Part shown: positions 15,501 to 28,036 of the stretch, piece after piece | Layout of the letters: each line of letters begins with the position of its first letter | How positions within the stretch are numbered: the first letter of the stretch is position 1 | Origin: Zancudomyces culisetae HAW-14-8 | Lineage: Eukaryota; Fungi; Kickxellomycota | Reading direction: 5' to 3' | Length of the DNA stretch: 64,000 nucleotides | NCBI GenBank assembly: GCA_052426225.1 | Contig: JBNJNM010000011.1 | Span: 3,410,001-3,474,000 of the forward strand | Position numbers and translations under genes: made by a program | Notes under the pieces: model-generated | What the model saw: only the letters and a program-made list of their open reading frames with translations | Told to the model about the DNA's origin: nothing | Databases searched by the model: none

Positions 15501-15841
15501 TTTCTTCTCCCAATTCACGCAATCAAAACGAGGATATTATTGGACATGGATTCTCACCGGCCCGCCAAGATGTAAACGGCATTGGATCGTACACCAGCGA
15601 TATCACCACCGAGCAACATCCATCGACTTCAAACAGCAAGTCCAACTTTTTTGGTTCATGTGGAGCTGGAGATAGGTGGTATATCTTAAATATCAAGTGT
15701 GTCTCCAAATTACGCAAAGTAGCTGTGCAAATTGGTGGAGAAAATCGGCGGGATCATGAGTTAAGCAATGTAGAAAAGCGACATTTGAATCTGATTTTCT
15801 CTGTGTTTAATGGTGGGCATTACCACAGTAATTTCTCTTAG
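514..15841 (+). CDS. SZT2: SZT2-like protein (KICSTOR scaffold), ~5050 aa; exons 514-1241 and 1417-15841
   Basis: Intron 1242-1416 (GTAAGT...TTTTAG) joins the 243-aa and 4807-aa ORFs in frame (GAA AC|G TTG). The N-terminal region YKFVFVIDISESM..GSRLLDIALETLEKCLNGVTQP..EPKIIASIVAY, plus VLIMDGV and ARIKEGF, matches the remembered SZT2 N-terminal pattern (YRFVIELDLSPS..GEILFDEVFHALSRCL..QPEIYVTIQAY). Confidence 0.85.
8516..8569 (+). repeat. (ACACAG)9 coding microsatellite encoding (TQ)9 in SZT2
   Basis: Perfect hexamer repeat read directly from the sequence. Confidence 0.95.
11150..11175 (+). repeat. (AAGGAA)4 coding repeat encoding KEKEKEKE
   Basis: Read directly from the sequence. Confidence 0.85.
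13112..13237 (+). repeat. (CAAACT)7 followed by degenerate CAANCT units, encoding a QT/QP/QS/QN tract in SZT2
   Basis: Read directly from the sequence. Confidence 0.95.
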
Positions 15842-16531
15842 ATAAATTCAAGTATAATATATACACATCACCCAATTATTGTTGCATCTGCTTTCCAGTT
15901 GAACTATTCACATTTAGTGCTTTATTTTTGGGCGTGATTTTTTATTACCGAGTTTTTGTAGCTTGTTAATAATATATGTTATGTAACGTACATGGGGGAG
16001 GGGAGTACAAAGAGCAATTTTTTCTTATTTTCCAATATAAAATCACCTGCTTTTTTTCAACATAGTATATTTTTGGTTATTTCAAAACGTTTTTTGGGTT
16101 TGTCATTCTTTTGACCTAACTTTTCAACAAAATGGAAAAGAAAGTTTGCCACATTCAGCTTTTTTTTTTGTAAAAAGTATTAAGCGTTTTACCTTTCCAA
16201 CTTTGGTGGAACAGCAGCTAGTCGAGTTTTGATAATCCCATTTAAGCTGAAGTGTGTGAGATTACAAATTTTATAGCAAATATGAAAAATAAGGTGTTCG
16301 CTTCAATGCTCTCCTCTCCTCCCCTTCCTATTCCTTGTCTTTTCTGCTTTTTCCAAAATATCACTCTCAAATTTTATTCCTGCAATTTCAAATTGCGCTA
16401 AATAATTATTTGAATGGAGCAGTTTGTAAAAGCAGATGAAAAAAAAGGAATAGTTATCACTTTTGTTATAAAACTTGAACATTTTACGAAAACCAAAACT
16501 AAAAGTCTCCAAACGAATCAATTCAATCGCA

Positions 16532-17404
16532 ATGAAGTTGATATCCGGGCAAGTTAACGGATCTAGCTATAAATTCATGGCGACGTGGTACAAGGGCGTA
16601 AAGGACACAACCAAGTTGGTCGAGTTGATAACAACTCCAGATTTTGCTCAAACCCACGATTTTGCGTTTATTAATGCTCACTCAGTTCCAGGCATTAAAT
16701 GTCTAATAGCTGCTGTAAATCGAACTATCTACTCCAAAAACACGTTCCAACTTAAAACTGGAAATGCTTACACAGAGGTTATTTACAATTTATCGCCGAG
16801 TACAAGTGTAAGGATTTTCGCTGATTCATTTAATTACAAAGCACTTTATACCAGTCACATTTTCTCTGAATTATTCGCTTATTAAAACTATTACTAACAC
16901 TTTGTCTTGTTTTTATGCCATTTTATCAAAAACATAACAGATTAAAAAGTCTGTCGAGGCGTTTGGGATTAACAGTAGCACTACAAATATTATAATTTTG
17001 CGAATTGGGGATGATACGGACAAGGTATGTTACTGTATATTAATACTTCTTAGCAGTGTATGTTCAATTTAATTTCTTCATTCTATTTGTTGCAATAGTT
17101 TGAGAGTGATTTAAGAAAGTTTAACGATGAAAACAATGGAATATTGGGTATGGAATGGTCAGATATTACTGAAGCAGAAATCTTCAACAATTGTAATTTA
17201 GAATCGCTGTCAAAAGTAAGTCGGAGCCAGAATATTTTGGTATCAACCGTTGCCCGAGAGTATTAAGCGTTATAGAGTACTAAGCAATTATAACAATAAC
17301 ACCGATAATAAATGTAGATTTACGGGTTTTCAGCAGAATTGGATTCACCAGAAAAGATATCTGATACCATATGCACATGTATTTCTACCAAGGGTTATCT
17401 GTGA
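16532..17404 (+). CDS. CGI121: KEOPS/EKC complex subunit Cgi121 (TPRKB); exons 16532-16807, 16941-17024, 17099-17215, 17318-17404
   Basis: The spliced product has FAFINAHSV..LIAAVNRT..LKTGNAYTEVIYNLSPSTS|IKKSVEAFGI..SKIYG..ICTCISTK, the Cgi121 signature. All introns are GT-AG and frame-consistent. Confidence 0.9.
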
Positions 17405-17509
17405 TGGTATCATTATTCACAAGCCGAGAAGCAAAAAAGAAAAAGAAACGATAAAAGAAAATATATACTTGATAACACTAGTATTAAAGAAGAGGGGAGG
17501 ATATTGGGC

Positions 17510-17551
17510 GATGAGCAATGTGTGATGAGTAATGTATGATGGGTGATGGGT
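17510..17551 (+). repeat. Six degenerate 7-nt units, consensus RATGRGT
   Basis: gatgagc aatgtgt gatgagt aatgtat gatgggt gatgggt. Confidence 0.6.
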
Positions 17552-17655
17552 GAAGGCAACAATCAAGAGGCGACGCAAGGATATAACTAGCCATCCAAAA
17601 CCATCCAACAAAAATTAAAAGAAAACACACGATCTCCTGGTAATCGAATTTTCAT

Positions 17656-18851
17656 TTATTCTGCTATAGGGTTGAGTGGAAGATTGGCTAGATAGTTCGC
17701 TGCGGTAATATACAGTTCGGAGCACGAGTCCAAGCACTGGTCGATTCCCTAGTTTTAAATAGTTTACATTTGTTCTTTTAGTTTACTTTGTTTCAGCAAA
17801 ATGCAAATAAAAAGGCTTGTCTCTTTCAAGTAAAATTTAAACTAACCTTTTGTGTTTGTTCGATATCTACAGTCTTTCCAAGCTGTAGTACATGTGTAAC
17901 CTCTTTAACTGAGCACATCGATGATACGAGCATGGCACAATTCTGTTCGTTTTCCTCGTCTTGTGTACAATCGGTGACCCAGGTGTTATCAAACAAACCC
18001 TACAAATTATTTATATATACTTTTTATTCATGCTCCTCTATACCTAATGGCCATTATGTTGTCCGGATAATTGGATGTATTTTGTAGAGGACACCTACCA
18101 AGCTTGAGCATGAAACAATGTCATACATGTCAATGTCTGCATCTACGAGTGCAATCGAAGCACACAAGATAGCAGCAGAAATAGTTGCCAACCTTCCATC
18201 GCTTTCCAAAACTGTCACAAACACATCAACGGTCGACTTTGGAAACATTTCATAGCATATCGACGGTCCTATTGCCTGTTTGATTATGAACGATATCTCC
18301 TTTTCCTCTGTATTGCTTCTTTGGTTGACAGTTCTCCAGCTTGTCGCAAAATTGGAAAATTTAAATTCGCATTCCAAATTCCCGTGTGTAGAAGATATTA
18401 CAGCTCCTTGTTTCTTTATTGGCCTTGGTCCATATCTATTATTATTATTATTATTGTCCTTGATGTAACTCTTTTTTTTCGAAGATCGTGTTGATAGAAG
18501 TAAAAATTGTGAAAAACGTTAATTACACTGCACAAGTTACTCGGATCTTGCCCTGTTCTATATATGCCGATCCACTAGCTTTGCTCACGTGATTTGTCTG
18601 AATATCTGTTTATTTGTTTTGATCATTTCTTTAGTACCCGATGGTCAATTAAAAATAATATATTTTCATTTCTAGATTTATTTCTTTTACTTACATACTG
18701 GCCTTTGCTGGGTGTTTGACCTTTTGTCGATCCTCTGGTTATTCACAATTGCTTGTTTTATTTTCTCTTTCGATTCTTTTAAATGGATTGGTGGAACCGA
18801 CTTTTCAGGGCCTGGAACCTGCCTTCTGTCAACATTTCCTACTCTCGACAT
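17656..18851 (-). CDS. MTR3: Exosome RNase PH-like subunit Mtr3/EXOSC6, 5 exons
   Basis: Spliced product MSRVGNVDRRQVPGPEKSVPP..KASGSAYIEQGKIRVTCAVYGPR..FPKSTVDVFVTVLESDG..AILCASIALVDADIDMYD. The DRRxxGPE N-terminus is typical of Mtr3/EXOSC6. Confidence 0.88.
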
Positions 18852-19385
18852 TATTTTTGCGTCTATATATGTTTAAGTGTACTATATTTATCAACTCTAG
18901 GTATAATAATAACGAGAGGAGCAAAATCCAAATTCAAATTGAAACCAAAGTGTTTTTGTAATTTAGAAAAAGCAAATATAATTGTAATGCACAATTAGGG
19001 TTGTTTGTGCCAAAATCAAATCATAATTACAGTAAAAGTGTATAATTAAATGGATTTGGAAAAAATAAAATAAAATTTTTTTTCTATTGGTCATTCACTT
19101 GAGGAAACCCTGATGAAAGTTAAGATACTCCTGTTTTTTTCCTTTCAGAATTCGGAAGCATGTTTTAGTGAACTAGTACAAAATACTAATGGTAGTAACA
19201 ACATCAACAACAAGCATTTTTTCAAAAACTATAAGCTGCTACATTCGTATCGGCTATATATAAGGGGCAGGTTCCAAACAATATTTGGTGGGCTAGGGTT
19301 TGCATTTCGTTTTGATATGTCTCAAATATCACATGTGGACTGATAAAAACAGTGTTAAAGAGGCATCCAGTACTGCAAAAAATCT

Positions 19386-20921
19386 CTATTCCAGATTCTT
19401 TGCAAAAAGATTTCGCTTATAAAATTTCAACTCTGCTATACTTTCCAGAATATCCGACCTAGCTCTATATGCAAGGTATTGTATTCCCGCTTAGTTATCA
19501 GCAGTTTTGTTTTTTGAAAACTATTCAGGCGGAATGAAAAAAACGCAAAGTATAAACATTTATCTCTCACCTATGGTCGCCCACTTTTCTCCCCAAATTT
19601 CTGGTGGTTTTTGGTGCCCACCGCTTTCCCAGCTCATTAATCGTGCTGACATCTACTCGCAAATAGGTTGAGCGGAACTGGATTAAGCTTGAAATAAATA
19701 AATAAATAAATAAATGCTTTCAACCACTCCCGTGTCTTGAGAATTTCACTAATACATGTTCTACTTTCAATATGGCTAAATATACATCGAACTCAATTGT
19801 GTGTATAGTTACATTACAAAAATCACATGTTACCTATTATTCTAAAATGCATATACTGCAGCAGATTCGGCATATGTCTTCCAATAAACAGCCGATCAAA
19901 ATGCACTGAGTTTCCAGCAAATATTCCTCTGCGTGGTATGGGGCAATACTTTTTTATCAATTCCAGTATTTGCTTCTCAGCCGTTTCAATAGTGACTGTG
20001 GAATCTTTGACTCGCTTTACTAATCCATTCTAAACCCAGCAATTTATCAAGCGTATAAATTTAAATTTGTCTATATAACATCGATTCTGACTGTCCACAG
20101 CGATAATTATTCAATTTTTATTTATACAGACAAGGGTTTGAATACCTTCACATGATTCTCCATACACCATTCATCCATACTATTTAACACTTTATCTGAT
20201 TGATGAATCACGACATCAAGACCCTAATTATTGATATGCACTTAATCGTAGATATGAAAGTAAAGCAAATTATCCAATACATTCAAAACAAACACACATG
20301 ACGATAAACTCCGGTGCACATCAATACAATATGTATCAGTTGCTAACTATTAAATGCCAACCTTATCAATAATTTCCAGATTCTGGTCTGTTATTACGAT
20401 TGATATCTCTAAAAGTTCGCAGGTATTGGGATCCAAGCCCGTAGTCTAGTTTTTTATATTTATTTTTTAGTTTTTCATTTTTAATTGTAGCCAAGACCTC
20501 ATCAATTTTTCAATAAAAACAAAGTTATCCATGTAGTTGGTAAAAGGAATTAACAAATTGTACATTTCCTCTGTAATTCATATCCCTTAGCTCTCCTTTT
20601 ATTCTCCCTTCTACTTCAATACCCATACTTTTTTTATAAAAAAAAGGCAGAGTAAATATATTATAAATATGGTAGTGGTACCTCGACATCGATCCAAACC
20701 AGAGGATAGCATTGAAATTTCCTTTCCGTACTCATGTTCAACCCCGCTAGAGGCTTTTCTGCAGCATCCGCTTGCACTTTACTTTCTTGGGGTGTGGCTG
20801 TGTTCCCTATTTGGACATTATAATTTTGTTTTGCGATCTTGGTTGTCAGAGCTGGGATTTTACGGATCGGTTTTTTTAAAACAAAATTTGGTCGAATAGT
20901 TTTTGTAGTTGTAGAAATCAT
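19386..20921 (-). CDS. REX2: Oligoribonuclease (Orn/Rex2/REXO2, DEDDh), 6 exons
   Basis: LVWIDVE|TTGLD..LEISIVITD..MDEWC..H..GL..AGNSVHFDRLFI..HFRII|DVSTINELGKRW..H|RARSDILESIAELKFY; all DEDDh residues are present. Confidence 0.93.
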
Positions 20922-21368
20922 TCTCCTTCCTCAGTGTTATCGCTTCCTTGGACATGAAAATACTTGGGTGTATAAAAGGTATAAAAAAATACCAAGATTT
21001 TTCGATATTTATAACATACTAAATCAGGACATATAGAAATTGAGAAAGCTCACAAAACGAACCTGCAAAATAATTCGTCGCCGATTTCAATATTGATTGG
21101 TGGTGACGAATCAGAAATATCTGTAGAGCTAAGCCGAGCTGTGGAAGAAAAAACGCTTTTTTCCATAAATCTTTCTGCCACACACTAAGCATCAATAGTC
21201 TTGATGATGATTTAGCATTTAGGGCTTTCTGGCTGTTGTACCAAAAACCCATTAATCATAACATGGCCAAATGTGGATTCTTTATTGCGTTGGTGCTAAA
21301 AAAAAATTATATAAAGTATTGGAGACATGGGTATGTGCATTCATTTTGCTGAACATAGAAAACAAAAA

Positions 21369-23237
21369 CTATAAGGTAGAAACATCCCAAACTGAAACCT
21401 TTCCATTAAAAGTGGTTGTGGAAACATTGACTGAGCCCATAAATGTGTTCATTCGAAGCTCGCTATTTTTTCATTTTTTTAAAAAACAATAATTAGGAAT
21501 ATAGAAGAAAAGTCAGTACTTATGTTTATAATACACATACTAAACACAGGGCTAATGAAACTGTCAACTTACGAGATTGCTGAGCCATTTTCGTGCTCTT
21601 CTTCGGCTCCGTCACCAGAAAAGACAGCAGATGCACGACTATCCATTTGCCGGAATATGTTGAACGCGCTCGATCTAGATAATGGTGAATCTCGATCTCG
21701 AGGCGTTGTCGGTCTCCCTGTCCCCTTTTTGGCTGTTTCTTTAGAAAACTCCCTAAAAGTTAACATTAGCATAAAGATATTTTTTTAAAAAAAAAGTATT
21801 GGAAATAAATACATGCTAGAGCCTATTATGGGAGAAAAAACGGGAAAAAGAGAGAAGGGATAAAACTTTACCATCCCGAAGAAGTGAGTTTGCACGCAGT
21901 AGGGCAGGGCTGTTGACCAGAAACTATTATTTTGTCAGGAGAAACCCATGATAATTGATAGTGGGGCACTGTTGGTGACTGAATTGAGTAGATAGAGTTG
22001 TTCACAGGGTCGACGATTGACAAGGTAGAGTCGTGGGCTATAAATGTTGGTTCATGCATATAAAGTAAAAAGTGCGATATAAATGGCAATACGGTAGAGA
22101 AAAGCCTATAATATGCTATGAGTTTACTTACCTACAAACGCTATTTGGTTTCCATCAGGCGAAAACGACGCAGAGTGTATCCATCCATTGTATTCGCTTT
22201 CATACTCCCCACAGAGTGTGCCAAATGGAAGTCTTTCTCCCCAAACGCTTGGTGCAGGCCTTTATAAAGGTTACATGTGCAGATAAGTCATAAATAAACC
22301 CAAGTAGACAAATTTTAATTATTAATTTTAAACGCTACGCTAACTTACCTTTCATCAATTCCTTTAATAAAAGTAGAGAACACACGAGTCTAGAATTGTA
22401 CAGCAATCAGTTAATATACAGTAAAACACTAGATAAAATTGAGGTGATTTTCCCAAGGTACAGTATTGTAGACCACTTACAACCATGTCGGCCCCGCCAC
22501 AAACAATGAGCACACTATTTGGATGCCAGCTGATTGACAAGACGCTGCTCGCTATCGATTTTTTGAGATGCTTACTAACCCACCAGTTATTGTCTTCTCC
22601 AAAGTAGCAGATAGCCACCGAACTAGATCCACTAGCCACAGCAAATTTCTGTTCGTTAGGGCTCCATCTAACCTGGATTGCGGCTCTGTCCACACGCAGA
22701 TGAACCAATGTTGGCCCCCATTTGTTTGTGGAAGAATCAAATGTCCATACATATGCATTTTTGTCTTGTGAGCACGAAACTATTCGATTCGTGTTTGGTG
22801 CCCAATCCAAGGATGTTACCATAATATCATGCTATTTAAAAAAATATTTATTTTTTCATTCGTTATGCACGAAACGAATGAACAAACAAAATATTCAATA
22901 TTTGTTATAATGTAAATATATATTTATAAGAGCATTAGTTTACTAACCCCAGTTAAAATGTGTTCCTGTGTATATTTGTTTCCCTTTATTCCATAAATGT
23001 GGATTTCATTGTTATTTGGACACAAGGCAATTTCTAAGTTAATATTTTCCGGATTTTTTTTCCAAAACTACTCGTTAGAAAGGCCCCTTAAAGAACGATT
23101 ACTGAAATATAATCGGTATGTGTGTATATATCTCGTTACAAGTACAAAATAAATGCACAATGCTTACTTGAATTATCGCCGTTAAAGGCATGGCAAGTTA
23201 TTTGAAATGGAAATCTCAGCTCCAGCAACGTCGACAT
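21369..23237 (-). CDS. ARC40: Arp2/3 complex subunit ARPC1/Arc40 (WD40), 8 exons
   Basis: [90 protein letters not shown]. Confidence 0.93.
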
Positions 23238-23712
23238 TCTTCACTCTAATAATCTTTAATCCTTGCTTTTTTTTAAAAAACAGCACGCCAGTTCACCTTG
23301 TATTCTTAATACCCTATTTTAGACACCTGCCTAAATTTATTGCGTTCTATGACACGCTGGTTGTTAATAAATGGATTATTTTATTTTTGAGATGACATTT
23401 TTCCTTTTGCCATTCTTATTTTGTTTTATCCAGTGCCAATCTCGGTTTTAATTACTCGAGACTATTCACACCAATTATTTAATTTGCTGTACCTCCTTTG
23501 GTCCAGCAATTGGTCAAAATTATATTTTAATCTGCGCAACTTGGAGTTAGTGTTCAGCAAAGTTGAAAACGCTAAGGGCATTCGAATTTGATATTCTAGA
23601 TTGAAATCTTTTTGTTGAATTAGGTATCCGCATCAAAAGAAGCCTCGTATTTCTAAATTACATATAGCCTTACAATTTGTACTTTTTTGCTTCTCATTAT
23701 TTCAATGTAAAA

Positions 23713-26145
23713 ATGAGTGAGGCACAACTTGAATTTAACAAATTGGCCAATCAGGTTCTGGAAGAATCTGGAAAAACTCATGGCAACGCAATTCCGCGAA
23801 CAAGGATTATCGAGCTAACCCAACTAATAGACAGGATAGGAATCGCTTATTTTGGTAATTTAAACCTCCTCAACTATAGTACTACCTTTGGTTTCTATTA
23901 CTTTCTCTCCATTACTATTTGAATATTATATCTGGGTAGCTATGCTAACATTCATATGTACTTGTATGTATAACCATAAACGAACATCAGAGCCTGTTTC
24001 AGAGAGTAAAAGAAAGATCCTGTCTCTTACAATTCAAAAGTTTTTGGATCGAAACCTTGACCTTGGTTCCGAAGGTATATTGTTTTTTTTTTTGAAAATG
24101 TTTGGACCTAATTAAACCTATATCGATGGGGGTGAAGGCGGAGGTTCTAGTACGCTTTATAGAATATTTTTAAAGCTACTCCCGTATAACCTGAATAATA
24201 TTTTGTGCATCCCTAGTTCCATTTTTTATACGCTGTCTATTTACCACCTTATAATTATGAAATAATACATATCTTGTACACTTTTTATTAAAAACTAGAG
24301 CTATTGGAGTATCTAAAGCTTTTAAAAAGCCTAGGAAGAGTTAAAGAAGATTGTCAAGAGTTGCTCAAACAAGAAAACATTTTAAAGGTTTTGAATCTTG
24401 CGAATGCACATATCTTGACAAGTAAAGAGTCCAAAGATAGCTCTCAAAATATTGTATCGGAATTGTTGACAATTTTTGCTAACGGGATAATGTTTGATCC
24501 AGAAATCCGGCGGATTTTTCTCGAAAACGACGGATTTAATATCATATGTAAAGCTCTTAAGGTAAGCACGTGAAGAAATACTGATCTTTGGATTGTATAG
24601 ATGTTCTTGTCTCTACCTTAACTTGATACATACACGAGAAAAACAGCAATAACATATATAAACTTTTGTATTTGCAGAGCTATAAACCCAGCACGCGCAT
24701 AGGCTTTCTTTGTGGAAGAATTTTGTTTTTGATTACATATAGTGGCGAGGGAATTGCTTGTGCAATCGAAACGGATAAGGTCCAGCTTTACCTATCTGAG
24801 GTATGTGTCATTAAAAACTTTTAATAATCGATGGACTTTGCTATAGTGCAGCGAATACCCCTGATAATTATTAGAATACTTTTAACATTTGATGCATCTA
24901 TGAACGCTTTTACATCTCTAATCCTAACACTCTGATTACTAACTGCCTTTAGAGTATTGGAGTGCTACTTAAAGAAAGCGATAATAAATCAAATAATAAA
25001 GAGTCACAATTCACATCAAGTATGGCCATCCGAGAGATGCTAAAAGCTCTATATAACCTATGCCTTTATTACGGGAGACTCTCGCAAGATGGAAAAAGTG
25101 ATTCTGACAAAAGCCTCTTTTTTGGAGAAACTCTTACTTGTTCGCAGTTGGTGCATTTTGAAGGGTAGGTTAGTTAATTCGGCTCGCTATATTACAGGTA
25201 TTGCTTATTTATGCTTTTTTTTAAATACTATATCATTAGGGTACTAGATACATTGATGGAAGTTTTATCTGGAAAGTACATTCGGCATATTGAGGATTCT
25301 GCTCTTCTGATACAAGTAGTTCAGGTTTTATTTTTATTTCCGGTACAATCCCCCTCCAATGTAAAAGATACATGGTTTCCTAAAGGAAATGTTATGAAAA
25401 ATGTTGATGTTGTGTTTGCTCTGCTTGAGCAAAGAGTTAGGGAATACACTTCTCAAAACACCGCAGCTAGTGGTTTGTTTGGAAAGGGTATAGCCGATGA
25501 AGAGAGAGCAAAAGACATTCCACTTATTTGCATACTTGGGCGGTGTGTAGCAGCAAACGATGATGTCAGACAGGATGTATACCATAGGCTATTTTCAGAT
25601 AGGTAATATAATTGTTTTTTACTTTATTCTCATTTTTATTATCTTGGCATAGTTGGGTGTTGTATTGATCATTTACATTTTATTGTGGTGATAGAGATTA
25701 TCACGAGCTTCCAGAGAAGGGTGACTCTGTTAGGGCCACTATCACCAAAATAATTGGCTCTCCGGTGCAAAACGATTACTCGCAGCTTTTAGGAGATTTA
25801 GTATTGGCAGTTTGTAACTCAGACATTAACAGCTTTGTTAAAAATATTGGCTTTGGCAATGCCTCGGGTTATCTTAACTCTCGAAAATTATCATTTGATC
25901 CCAATTCTGTCAGCTCTTCTACTCTTTTTGTCAAAGCAGCCTCAACTAGTGAACAGACTATTTCTAATGTAAATGACTTTGATGTTGTTACTGGTGCAAT
26001 CCAGGATAACGCTGACATCGAAAAGGAACTTGCTGCTATGACTGAGGAAGAAAAAGAGCGTGAAGCCGAAAAACTGTTTGTGCTATTTGAAAAGTTGAAC
26101 AAGACAGGAATTATTAGGACGCAGTTTGACTTTAGAAATCCATAA
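23713..26145 (+). CDS. RIC8: Ric8/synembryn G-alpha chaperone/GEF, 7 exons
   Basis: Exons splice in frame. Motifs LKLLKSLGR, ANGIM, FLCGRILFLIT, IGFGNASGYL and the diagnostic C-terminus DVVTG..MTEEEKEREAEKLFVLFEKLNKTGII. Confidence 0.92.
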
Positions 26146-26886
26146 TTGTTTTCATTTCGTGGTTGTTGGGGGGGGTTTTTTTGATTGAGCTTTTGGTTAC
26201 ATTGAAGAACCTTCTGGGTTTTTGTTTAATACAAACAATTGCTTTTTTTTTTGATAGTATGCGATTTTTTAATGTTGACTTTGACTCATACCAAGCGTAG
26301 GACATTGTGTACTTGTCTGTAGTTAATATAAACATTTGGGGCTTTGCAACTATTGTTAATTCAGGTATCAGAGCTCTAAAAGATAGCAATATATCAATTA
26401 TTTTCTGTTTGCTTGGTCATGTTGCTTCTTCCAGATGATCACTTTTTTTTTCTCAGTTTTCTTTTGTCCTTCCTCCCCCATTTCAGGAACGAATATCAAC
26501 AGCTCTCAAAGCTTTTATCTCAAGCTTATTGGCTCGTTTTTATGACATTTTAGCTAAGATGGAGCAATAGCAAAAGGGCATGTAGGCTTTATTCCAATAA
26601 AATATTCCGGAATTGCACTAATTGCATTCAGATATTGTGGATTTTTCCTATTAGCTTGGCAACTAGAAAAAGTGCAGTTGAATTAAAGCAAAAATATAAA
26701 GTATAAACTCTAAACACTCTAGCATTTATGACGAATTGTTAAAACGAAACATCAGTCTAACTGCCATTTGGTACTCTTACAGCGATTCGGTTCTTTTAGC
26801 GCACGAATGTTATATTTTGTATTTTAACACAAGTGACTAGCGATATTTTTACTCAAGTCATCATTCACATCCAAACCAGCCAGCAA

Positions 26887-28036
26887 ATGGAGCCAAAGCG
26901 ATTCAAACTCGATCTTGTAAGTACCCCCTTGAGCCCGTATGGTGTGTATTTTTAAATAGTTTTATACTTGATGTTTTTTTTTCAAATAATGTATGAATTG
27001 GAAATGGGCTGCTCAAAAATTTGACACCTTCCCCTCTTACACACTCACGCACACAATGCTAATTATATTGAAATCAAACCCGGGTAGAAAACTGATCGAG
27101 TGTTGATTTCTTCATGTCTTGAGGGTAAATATTGTTTTTTTGTATGTATAAATTGAGGAAAGTATCATGTTACTAAAATATATATGCGAACTTTCACATA
27201 TAGCGATTATAAACAGCATAGTTTTCTACAGGTATTTTGTGTCTGTCAAACCTGCTACAGGCGTATCACTGGGTTCAATTTTATTTGTACGTGTTTCTTT
27301 TTCTTCTATCATGTTCACTGTTCTAAGTTACTTATATCTACAACGTCCTTTATGCTACCTTAACTGCTTCCGCCGATGCAAACCAATATGATAATTGTGT
27401 TTTTAAATAGCCCATTGTGAATGACAAAGAGACAGGAAATGTAATTAATAATAAAGTTATCGAGGTACTGAATTTGCTTCCGGAAAACAAGCAGTCTGTT
27501 TGTATCGTAAGAATCCATCACTACCACGATCTTTTTTTGTATAAGGGCGTGTTGCGATTAAACCTATGCATAAAATCATAGGTGACACTAGAATTTTTAA
27601 CCAAGGTGAAGAAAAGGACTTGGTTTAGCAAAGTTGAGGAAGATGTGAGTTGGGAAAAGTGGGAAATAAGCGTAGAACAGCTAGTTTCTACAAACGAGTC
27701 GGGTAATTATTGCGACTTTTTTATTCTTTCATTATTTTAATTTTTCTAATGTATGTCATTTGAAATTAGAGAAAGACTTGTATCTAAAAACAGCCAAAGT
27801 GGAGCTAAAAAAAATACTTTTGGACATAATCCGCAACGTGGACGTTAACAAAGGACACATCCCACCCATAATTAGTCAGGATGCCAATCCGTTCCCGTTT
27901 AGAGTAACTATAGTTTACCGCACTTTACTAAATCAATGTTTTTTTTGGGGTTTTTCTAACTGTTTGTACGTGTCGATAGATCTCGATTGCACTAGCGCCA
28001 GATGGTTGGGGATCCATGCTCAAAAGAATTTTATAA
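26887..28036 (+). CDS. ATG101: Autophagy-related protein 101 (HORMA domain), 7 exons
   Basis: Spliced product includes AIINSIVFYRYF..VKP..KKRTWFSK..VSWEKWEI (WF finger)..NKGHIPPI..NPFPFR. The gene is mostly invisible in the ORF track. Confidence 0.9.

Noticed and set aside
1611-15717. Numerous short antisense or alternate-frame ORFs inside SZT2 (e.g. CVCVCV, LKLKLK, NSNSNS peptides)
   Set aside because: Shadow frames of the main CDS and its hexamer repeats.
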